DNA of 64,000 nucleotides from Octopus sinensis. Its lineage: Eukaryota. The translations under genes were made by a program, and so were the position numbers. The DNA lies in NCBI RefSeq assembly GCF_006345805.1, contig NC_043013.1, forward strand, positions 13,950,001-14,014,000, written 5' to 3'. This document shows positions 49,891 through 60,297 of this stretch, one piece after another; position 1 is the first letter of the stretch; each line of letters opens with the position of its first letter. A model generated the notes under the pieces. That model saw nothing but the letters and a program-made list of their open reading frames with translations. It did no database searches and was not told the origin of the DNA.

Positions 49891-50800
49891 CCTTACTCTA
49901 AGAAATAGACTGACGATTCACTAACAACAAATTCGAGACTCCAGTACAAGACAGATTCCACTGAGTGGACATATAGACATATGTGAAAAAGATAAGTCCC
50001 CTAAACTCTAGGTCTTCCCACTCTACCTGTGTTCAGTGAATACCACAGATGAAGCACGGATAAATAAAGAAAACACTTTCATACAGAAGTACAAACCCAG
50101 ACTTAATAAATTTTAACAATGTACATATACAAATAACTATTCACACACAAAACTCATTCTGCCACTTAACATGATGAACCTATACAGCTAACAATCTAAA
50201 CTTTAACCGCTGGACTACATAGAAACGACTCCTGTCTACTCTCCTACCAGACATTAAATTTGGAATGTCTTGATTGTAACTAAATACGTTCACTCAACCG
50301 TGTCGGCCTTAATTTTAGGCACAAAATATACTGCCGCGTGACATTGACGCACGGACGTAGCGGGAATCGTACAGAAGGTTCTAAACTTAATCACATGTTC
50401 ATTCTCTACAAAAACATTCAGAACATTGTCTGTTTAGTACTATCACTAAACTTGTTCAGTCAGCTGTGTCAGCCTTAACTTATCATTTGATACTAACATT
50501 CGGACGTAGCGGGGAACCTACAAATATATCTAAGACCAGTCATGTGACTATCTTCTATCTTCTATCTTCAAACCCTTTTCAAAACATATACTAATTTGAG
50601 CCATGAACTCCCTATAAAAACAGGGCAAGCTCCAAACACTAGTCAGAAGCAAAACAGCAGCGATATAAGCAACGTCTTTCTATTTCAAATTTTTGAAAAT
50701 CAGTGAAAACTGTGAAACCGGTTAAATCTTTAAATATAATAATAAAAAATATTTTAACTATTCTCAGTGTATTTTCAACTTCTATTATTTCCAATATATA

Positions 50801-51165
50801 TGGGCGCAGGAGTGGCTGTGTAGTAAGTAGCCACATGGTTCCGGCTTCAGTCTACTATAGCCCCAGGCCGACCAATGTCTTGTGAGAGGATTTGGGAGAC
50901 GGAAACTGACAGAAACCAGTCGTATATATATATGTGAGTGTGTGTGTGTGTATTTGTGTCTGTGTTTGTCCCCCACCATCATTTGACAACCGATATTGTT
51001 GTGTTTACGTCTCCGTAACTTAGCGGTTCGGCAAAAGAGGCCGATAGAATAAGTACTAGGCTTACACAGAATAAATCCTGAGGTCGATTTGCTCGACTAA
51101 AGGCGGAGCTCCAGCATGGCGACAGTAAAATGGCTGAAATAAAACAATAAAACAATAAAAGAATA
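50801..51165 (+). mobile_element. SINE family B, near full length
   Basis: gggcgcaggagtggctgtgtagtaag...ctccagcatggcgacagtaaaatggctgaaataaaacaataaaacaat. Confidence 0.88.
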
Positions 51166-51181
51166 TATATATATATATATA

Positions 51182-51365
51182 GCCGTATTTCGTCTGCCGT
51201 TACGTTCTGGGTTCAAATTCTGCCTGGGTCGACTTTGCCTTTCATCCTTTCGGGGTCGATAAATTAAGTACCAGCTACGCACTGGGGTCGATGTAATCGA
51301 CTTAATCTAATTGTATGTCCTTGTTTGTCCCCTCTTTGTTTAGTCCCTTGTGGGTAGTAAAGAAA
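51182..51365 (+). mobile_element. SINE family A, 5'-truncated
   Basis: gtatttcgtctgccgttacgttctgggttcaaattc...gtagtaaagaaat. Confidence 0.88.
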
Positions 51366-51380
51366 TATATGTATATATAT

Positions 51381-51414
<34 letters not shown>

Positions 51415-51416
51415 AT

Positions 51417-51847
51417 ATACACACACACTACGTAAACACACACACTCATATATATGTACACATTCAGACAGACATACAGACACGCGTATGTGTGATACTT
51501 CTCTGCCCGTCTATACACACACATGCTTGTGTGTGTGCGTGTATGCGTGCGTGCATGTGTTTGTCTATGTACAATATAAGGCGTGTCTAGTTTTCTTATG
51601 TATTTCCACAAAATTTTCCTCCCATCATATCTGATTTCTAAAATGCCCTCAACCACCACTTTCTCTCTCTCTCTCACTTACTCACTCTCTCTCTCTTTCC
51701 TCCACTCTCTCTTTCTCTTATTTCTATTCAGTCTTTGCAATTCTTAACCTCCATCTTAATTAGCTTTCTACTTCACTTTGCTGAGCTTCAGTATATGTGA
51801 GTGCGTGGACTGTGTGTGTGTATGGGAGTATGTAGTGTGTGTATATG

Positions 51848-51900
<53 letters not shown>

Positions 51901-52505
51901 TGTGTATTTCGACGGCAGAAAATTTACGCAAGTGACTCAAGGGTTCAAGGTTTTGTGCATGTCACAGTCATGGACGATACTCTGGGCCATCAGGATAACT
52001 TTGTTTCTTTTTTCTGCTCTTTTCCATGCATTGAGTTCTATTTTTCCTGTGGCTGTGGGGTAAGAAGCTTGCTTCCCTACCAAACGGTTCCGGATTCAGT
52101 CTCACGGTGTTGCATCTTGGGTGATTGTCTTCTACTATAACCTCAGGCAGACCAAAGCCTTGTGAGTGAATTTGGTAGACAGAAACTGAAAGTCAGACAT
52201 ATATATATATACTAGCATTAAAGACCCGTCGTTGCCGGGTCTAGTGCTAGTGCATGTATATATGTGTATATATATGTGTACATATTACATGTACATCTAT
52301 ATATATACATCTACACATAAAATACAAAATACAAAGTTATATCTTGATATCGCTAGTGATAACAATACTCAAAATATATAACAGACTGGAATTGTTAGCC
52401 CGTCTCTTGTAATTTCGATCAATTGTAACTTGTCCACCCTCTTGTATAGAAGTGTAGCTACAATCAAGCCTACCTCTACTTCTTGGGGGGGGGAGGCGTT
52501 AAAAA
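51417..52505 (+). repeat. Inverted segmental duplication, copy 2
   Basis: See 35046-36132. Confidence 0.95.
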
Positions 52506-53342
52506 ATTTTTTCCTACGTCCCAGATATAAATGTAAGTATGTAATATATTTCCACTTTGCAAGTTCGAGTCGAGTACTCCCTTGCACGCTCCGTTGACTC
52601 GAACCTTGCTTCTATTGTGGCGAATTTACCTTTCATAGTCGCACCAAGACACTTTTCGAAGGTGCTTTCCTCCATGTGTACAAATCTGCTGTTTTCTCTA
52701 CATTGTATACTTTATAGACAATAGCATTTTCTTTGATTTACTTTTATCCATCTGGACTATTACATTTCTGCACGCAAATTTATTTTTTAATTTATTCGCA
52801 TTCATGTGAAACCACTTATTCAAGTTCAAGTCATTGATGCAATTTTATACCAATTACTATTTTTACTTTTTTTAAAGTTACGATTATATTATACTTTTTT
52901 AATTATTTTAATTATTACTTACTACATATAATTCAATAGTTATTATTATTTTTATTGTAAAGTGAAAGTATCTGATATAATAGAGAAATGTTTTTGTTTC
53001 ACTTTAACACGTAATACTGAAATAGTGGCGAAGAGTATGATATTGCTATGGGCTCGCTCTAGGCAAGAAGGTGAACATTTCTTTTGCCCATGAAACTACA
53101 TGTGTAAAATTTGAATGAAAATTGATTGTGTAGTTCTCAAGTTTTAGGGAATCATAGTGGAGAAGATATGATATAGCTGTGGGCTCGCCCTAGGCAAAAG
53201 GTTAAAAATATTTTTGCCGACGACACTCCCCGGACCCTGAGCAAGGCGTGTGTAAAATTTGAATGAAATTGGTTGTGTAGTTCTCAAGTATTAGGGAAAC
53301 ACACAGACAGACAAACATTCTCAGTTTTATATATATAAAGAT
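52210..53342 (+). mobile_element. Complete non-autonomous Helitron/Helentron-like element (~1.13 kb) with two internal ~140-bp tandem units
   Basis: 5' TACTAGC...gacccgtcgttgccgggtc hairpin; internal units (gctatgggctcgc...gtgtaaaatttgaatgaaa...gtagttctcaag) at ~53045 and ~53175; 3' cagacagacaaacattctcagttttatatatataaagat. Architecture as in Lep1/HINE-type elements (established knowledge). Confidence 0.7.
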
Positions 53343-56300
53343 ATATATAAAGATATCAAAGAGGGTGCCGAAAGAGATGAAAGAAGAGTCCCGAAAGAGA
53401 TCAAAGAGGAGTCCCGAAAGAGATCAAAGAAGAGTCCCGAAAGAGATCAAAGAAAGTGCCGAAAAAGATCAAAGCGGGTGCCGAAAGAGATCAAAGACGA
53501 GTCCCGAACGAGATCAAAGAGGGTGCCGAAATAGATAAAAGATGGTCCCGAAAGAGATCAAAGAGGGTGCCGAAAAAGATCAAAGAGGGTGCCGAACAAG
53601 ATCAAAGAGGAGTGCCGAAAGAGATCAAAGATGGTCCCGAAAGAGATCAAAGAGGGTGCCGAAAAAGATCAAAGAGGATGCCGAAAGAGATCAAAGAGGG
53701 TGTCGAAAGAAATCAAAGAGGGTGCCGAAAAAGATCAAAGAGGAGTCCCGAACGAGATCAAAGAGGGTGCCGAAAGAGATGAAAGAGGGTGCCGAACAAG
53801 ATCAAAGGGGGTGCCGAAAGAGATCAAAGAGGGTGTCGAAAGAAATCAAAGAGGGTGCCGAAAAAGATCAAAGAGGGTGCCGAACAGATCAAGAGAGAGT
53901 GCCGAAAGAGATCAAAGATGGTCCCGAAAGAGATCAAAGAGGGTGCCGAAAAAGATCAAAGAGGATGCCGAAAGAGATCAAAGAGGGTGTCGAAAGAAAT
54001 CAAAGAGGGTGCCGAAAAAGATCAAAGAGGAGTCCCGAACGAGATCAAAGAGGGTGCCGAAAGAGATGAAAGAGGGTGCCGAACAAGATCAAAGAGGGTG
54101 CCGAAAGAGATCAAAGAGGGTGCCGAAAAAGATCAAAGATGGTGCCGAAAAAGATCAAAGCGGGTGCCGAAAGAGATCAAAGAGGGTCCCGAAAGAGATC
54201 AAAGAGGAGTCCCGAACGAGATCAAAGAGGGTGCCGAAAGAGATAAAAGAGGGTGCCGAAAGAGATCAAAGACAGTCCCGAAAGAGATCAAAGAGGGTGC
54301 TGAAAAAGATCAAAGAGGGTGCCGAAAAAGATCAAAGATGGTGCCGAAAAAGATCAAAGCGGGTGCCGAAAGAGATCAAAGAGGGTAACGAAAAAGATCA
54401 AAGAGGGTGCCGAAAGAGATCAAAGAGGAGTGCCGGACGAGATCAAAGAGGGTGCCGAAAGAGATAAAAGAGGGTACCGAACAAGATCAAAGAGGGTACC
54501 GAAAGAGATAAAAGACGGTCCCGAAAGAGATCAAAGAGGGTAACGAAAAATATCAAAGAGGGTGCCGAAAGAGATCAAAGAGGAGTGCCGAACGAGATCA
54601 AAGAGGGGCCGAAGAGATAAAAGAGGGTACCGAACAAGATCAAAGAGGGTACCGAAAGAGATAAAAGACGGTCCCGAAAGAGATCAAAGAGGGTGCCGAA
54701 AAGATCAAAGAGGGTGCCGAAAAAGATCAAAGTGGGGTGCCGAAAGAGATCAAAGAGGGTAACGAAAAAGATCAAAGAGGGTGCCGAAAGAGATCAAAGA
54801 GGAGTCCCGAACGAGATCAAGAGGGTGCCGAAAGAGATAAAAGAGGGTACCGAACAAGATCAAAGAGGGTACCGAAAGAGATAAAAGACGGTCCCGAAAG
54901 AGATCAAAGAGGGTGCCGAAAAAGATCAAAGAGGGTGCCGAAAAAGATCAAAGTGGGTGCCGAAAGAGATCAAAGAGGGTAACGAAAAAGATCAAAGAGG
55001 GTGCCGAAAGAGATCAAAGAGGAGTCCCGAACGAGATCAAAGAGGGTGCCGAAAGAGATAAAAGAGCAGTGCCGACAAAGATCAAAGAGGGTGGCGAAAA
55101 AGATCAAAGAGTGCCGACAAAGATCAAAGACGGTGCCGACAGAGATCAAAGACGGTGTCGACAGAGATTAAAGAGTGTGCCGACAAAGATCAAAGACGGT
55201 GCCGACAGAGATCAAAGAGGAGTGTCGACAAAGATCAAAGAGGGTGTCGAAAAAGTTCAAAGAGAAGTGCCGACAAAGATCAAAGAGGGTTCCGACAAAG
55301 ATCAAAGAGGGTGCCGAAAGAGATCAAGAGGGTGCCGAAAAAGATCAAAGACGGTGCCGAAAGAGATCAAAGAGGAGTGCCGACAAAGATCAAATAGGGT
55401 GCCGAAAAAGATCAAATAGGGTGCCGAAAAAGATCAAAGAGGGTGCCGAAAGAGATCAAAGAGGGTGCCGACAAAGATCAAAAGAGGGGTGCCGACAAAG
55501 ATCAAAGAGGGTACTGAAAAAGATCAAATAAGGTGCCGAAAAAGATCGAAGAGGGTGCCGAAAGAGATCAAAGATGGTGCCGAAAAAGATCAAATAGTGT
55601 GCCGAAAGGGATCAGAGGAGTTCCGACAAAGATCAAATAGGGTGCAGAAAAAGATCAAATATGGTGCCGAAAAAGATCAAATAGGGTGCCGAAAAAGATC
55701 AAAGAGGGTGCCGAAAGAGATCAAAGAGGAGTGCCGACAGAGATCAAAGAGGAGTGCCGACAAAGATCAAAGAGGAGTGCCGACAAAGATCAAAGAGGGA
55801 GCTGAAAGAGATCAAAGAGCAGTGCCGACAAAGATCAAAGAGGGTGGCGAAAAAGATCTGAAAGGAGTGCCGACAAAGATCAAAGACGGTGCCGACAGAG
55901 ATCAAAGACGGTGTCGACAGAGATTAAAGAGTGTGCCGACAAAGATCGATGACGGTGCCGAAAAAGATCAAAGACGGTGCCGACAGAGATCAAAGAGGAG
56001 TGCCGAAAAGTTCAAAGAGGGTGCCGAAAGAGATCAAAGAGGAGTGCTGACAGAGATCAAAGAGGAGTGTCGACAAAGATCAAAGAGGAGTTCTGACAAA
56101 GATCAAAGACGGTGCCGACAGAGATCAAAGACGGTGTCGACAGAGATCAAAGTCGGTGCCGACAGAGATCAAAGAGGAGTGCCGACAAAGATCAAAGAGT
56201 GTGCCGAAAGAGATCAAAGAAGAGTGCCGACAAAGATCAAAGAGGGTGCCGAAAAAGTTCAAAGAGGGTGCCGAAAGTGATCAAAGAGGAGTGCCGACAA

Positions 56301-58770
56301 AGATCAAATAGTGTGCCGAAAGAGATCAAAGAGGAGTGCCGACAAAGATCAAATAGTGTGCCGAAAAAGATCAAATAGGGTGCCGAAAAAGATCAAATAG
56401 GGTGCCGAAAGAGATCAAAGAGGAGTGCCGACAAAGATCAAATAGGGTGCCGAAAAAGATCAAATAGGGTGCCGAAAAAGATCAAAGAGGGTGCCGAAAG
56501 AGATCAAAGAGGAGTGCCGACAGAGATCAAAGAGGAGTGCCGACAGAGATCAAAGAGGAGTGCCGACAGAGATCAAAGAGGAGTGCCGACAAAGATCAAA
56601 GAGGGTGCCGAAAAAGATCTGAAAGGAGTGCCGACAAAGATCAAAGACGGTGCCGACAAAGATCAAAGGACGGTGTCGACATAGATTAAAGAGTGTGCCA
56701 ACAAAGATCAATGACGGTGCCGAAAAAGATCAAAGACGGTGCCGACAGAGATCAAAGAGGATTGCCGACAAAGATCAAAGGGGGTGCCGAAAAAGATCAA
56801 AGAGGGTGCCGAAAAAGATCAAAGAGGGTGCCGAAAGAGATCAAAGAGGGTGCCGAAAAAGATCAAAGAGGGTGCCGAAAGAGATCAAAGAAGAGTGCCG
56901 ACAAAGATCAAAGAGGGTGCCGAAAAAGTTCAAAGAGGGTGCCGAAAGAGATCAAATAGTGTGCCGAAAGAGATCAAAGAGGAGTGCCGACAAAGGTCAA
57001 ATAGGGTGCCGAAAAAGATCAAATAGGATGCCGAAAGAGATCAAAGAGGGTGCCGAAAAAGATCAAAGAGGTGCCGAAAGAGATCAAAGAAGATTGCCGA
57101 CAAAGTTCAAAGAGGGTGCCGAAAAAGTTCAAAGAGGTGCCGAAAGAGATCAGAGGAGTGCTGACAGAGATCAAAGAGGAGTGTCGACAAGATCAAAGAG
57201 GAGTTCTGACAAAGATCAAAGACGGTGCCGACAGAGATCAAAGACGGTGTGTCGACAGAGATCAAAGTCGGTGCCGACAGAGATCAAAGAGGAGTGCCGA
57301 CAAGATCAAAGAGTGTGCCGAAAAGATCAAAGAAGAGTGCCGACAAAGATCAAAGAGGGTGGCCGAAAAAGTTCAAAGAGGGTGCCGAAGAGATCAAAGA
57401 GGAGTGCCGACAAGATCAAATAGTGTGCCGAAAGAGATCAAAGGAGTGCCGACAAAGATCAAATAGTGTGCCGAAAAAGATCAAATAGGGTGCCGAAAAG
57501 ATCAAATAGGGTGCCGAAAGAGATCAAAGAGGAGTGCCGACAAAGATCAAATAGGGTGCCGAAAAAGATCAAATAGGGTGCCGAAAAAGATCAAAGAGGG
57601 TGCCGAAAGAGATCAAAGAGGAGTGCCGACAGAGATCAAAGAGGAGTGCCGACAGAGATCAAGAGGAGTGCCGACAAGATCAAAGAGGGTGCCGACAAAG
57701 ATCAAGAGGGTGCCGAAAAAGATCTGAAAGGAGTGCCGACAAGATCAAAGACGGTGCCGACAAAGATCAAAGGACGGTGTCGACATAGATTAAAGAGTGT
57801 GCCAACAAAGATCAATGACGGTGCCGAAAAAGATCAAAGACGGTGCCGACAGAGATCAAAGAGGATTGCCGACAAAGATCAAAGGGGGTGCCGAAAAAGA
57901 TCAAAAGAGGGTGCCGAAAAGATCAAAGAGGGTGCCGAAAGAGATCAAAGAGGTGCCGAAAAAGATCAAAGAGGGTGCCGAAAGAGATCAAAGATGGTGC
58001 CGAAAAAGATCAAAGAGGGTGCCGAAAAAGTTCAAAGAGGGTGCCGAAAAGATCAAATAGTGTGCCGAAAGAGATCAAAGAGGAGTGCCGACAAAGATCA
58101 AATAGGGTGCCGAAAAAGATCAAATAGGATGCCGAAGAGATCAAAGAGGTGCCGAAAAAGATCAAGAGGGTGGCCGAAAGAGATCAAAGAAGATTGCCGA
58201 CAAAGTTCAAAGAGGGTGCCGAAAAAGTTCAAAGAGGGTGCCGAAAGTGATCAAAGAGGAGTGCCGACAGAGATCAAAGAGGAGTGCCGACAAAGATCAA
58301 AGAGGGTTTCGAAAAAGATCAAAGAGGAGTGCCGACAGAGATCAAAGAGGAGTGCCGACAAAGATCAAAGAGGGTGCCGAAAGAGATCAAAGAGGTTGCC
58401 GAAAAAGATCAAAGAGGGTGCCGAAAGAGATCAAAGAAGAGTGCCGACAAAGATCAAAGAGGGTGCCGAAAAAGTTCAAAGAGGGTGCCGAAAGAGATCA
58501 AAGAGTGCTGACAAAGATCAAATAGTGTGCCGAAAGAGATCAAAGATCAAAGAGGGTGCCGAAAAAGTTCAAAGAGGGTGCCGAAAAAGATCAAAGAGGA
58601 TGCCGAAAGAGATCAAAGTTTGGAATGTGTGAAATGTCAGAGATCAAAGACGGTGCCGACAGAGATCAAAGACGGTGCCGACAGAGATCAGATAGTGTGC
58701 CGACAAAGATCAAAGACGGTGCCGACAGAGATCAAAGACGATGCCGACAGAGATCAAATAGTGTTCCGAC

Positions 58771-58852
58771 AAACCGGTACAAACCGGATCAAACCGGTTC
58801 AAACCAGATCAAACCGGTTCAAACTGGATCAAGCCTGATCTAACCGGTTCAA
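58771..58852 (+). repeat. 10-bp minisatellite (caaaccggtt / caaaccggat) nested in the satellite
   Basis: Seen directly; about 8 units. Confidence 0.95.
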
Positions 58853-59002
58853 ATGTCTGGAATGTCTGGAATGTCAGGAATGTCAGGAATGTCAGGAATG
58901 TCTGGAATGTCATGAATGTCATGAATGTCAGGAATGTCTGGAATGTCAGGAATGTCTGGAATGTCAGGAATGTCTGGAATGTCAGGAATGTCAGGAATGT
59001 CA
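58853..59002 (+). repeat. 9-bp minisatellite AATGTC(A/T)GG nested in the satellite
   Basis: Seen directly; gives the MSGMSG/NVRNVW pseudo-ORFs. Confidence 0.95.
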
Positions 59003-59669
59003 GAGCTCAAAGACGGTGCCTACAGAGATCAAAGATGGTGCCGACAGAGATCAAAGATGGTGTCGACAAAGATCAAAGACAGTGCCTACAGAGATCAAAG
59101 AATGTGCCGATAGAGATCAAAGAGTGTGCCGACAAAGATCAAAGAATGTGCCGAAAAAGATCAAAGAGAAGTCCCGAACGAGATCCTAGGTAAATATTCT
59201 CAATAAGTTATTTATTTTACCCAATATTCTCATAATTTGTTTGCAGCTAGGGTGTTAGAAGAATAATTTGTTTTCCTTATTAATTTTGCTGATCACCAAT
59301 AGTTTCCCAATTGACCTAGGAGAGAAAGGTGGTATCAAAAGTGAAAGTAGAGTAGACAGGGAAAGAAAGGGAGGGGAGAAGAGAGAGAAAGTGGACGAGG
59401 AAAAAGAAGAGAAAGACATCAATGACCCATGTATTATGTATTTAATTTGGGTTTTTAATTATTTACACTCTTATTGCTACTTATTACTGTCCTGATCGTT
59501 TTGTCTTTTCATAGCATCACCCGCTACTTTATTTGTGTTACTGTTTCATATATATTAATATAGATAGACAAATAGATAGATAGACAGAAAGAGAGAGAGA
59601 GTGAGAGAGAGAGAGATACGCATATACACATACATACATGGCTGCAGTCCTCGGACTGAAACCAAAGTT

Positions 59670-59716
<47 letters not shown>

Positions 59717-59889
59717 TATAAAATGAGATAGGGGTTGAAAATTCAACCCACCATGGGATAACATATATCCAATATACTGCTAGAGAGGTACCCAACAAGA
59801 CTAATACATAAATGTTAAAAATTGCCATGCAATTAATTCATCTACTGTATTATGTGGGCAAAGGTAAAAATATTACCGTAAATTAATAC

Positions 59890-60220
59890 TACAAAATTAG
59901 AAAATGGAGAAACATACTTAATCAATCAAACATCAACCATCAGATGATACCCAATCAATACTTTATTACACCATTACATAACAGCAAAGGCACTATACAA
60001 AATATATTGTAAATATAATTAGACAAGGAAATAGAAATATAAAATATAAATATAATATATTTTATATTTTATATTTCTATTTCCTTGTCTAATTATATTT
60101 ACAATATATTTTGTATAATGCCTTTGCTGTTATGTAATGGTGTAATAAAGAATTGATTGGGTATCATCTGATGGTTGATGTTTGATTGATTTAAGTATGT
60201 TTCTCCATTTTCTAATTTTG

Positions 60221-60222
<2 letters not shown>
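59890..60222. repeat. Fold-back inverted repeat, ~160-bp arms, ~10-nt loop
   Basis: tacaaaattagaaaatggagaaac...gaaatataaaatataaa | tataatatat | tttatattttatatttc...gtttctccattttctaattttgta. I count 2 mismatches and 1 indel. Confidence 0.95.

Positions 60223-60297
<75 letters not shown>

Larger units (their letters stand above)
53355..59185 (+). repeat. Purine-rich satellite array, 22/23-bp unit G(G/GA)GTGCCGA(A/C)A(G/A)AGATCAAAGA
   Basis: Seen directly. Almost every unit has GATC and a CpG, and there are few T on the plus strand, hence long stop-free frames. Confidence 0.98.

Noticed and set aside
50290-50690. Possible solo LTR (TATA-like ctataaaa, internal ggacgtagcggg repeat)
   Set aside because: No clear TG...CA ends, TSD, PBS or PPT identified; left unannotated.
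53456-58843. K/R/E-rich ORFs up to 328 aa in the satellite
   Set aside because: The unit is 22/23 bp (not a multiple of 3), all three frames give the same cycling peptide, and openness follows from T depletion. No splice or start context.
53355-59185. CRISPR-like regular repeats
   Set aside because: No unique spacers, no cas genes, eukaryotic context; units are directly tandem.
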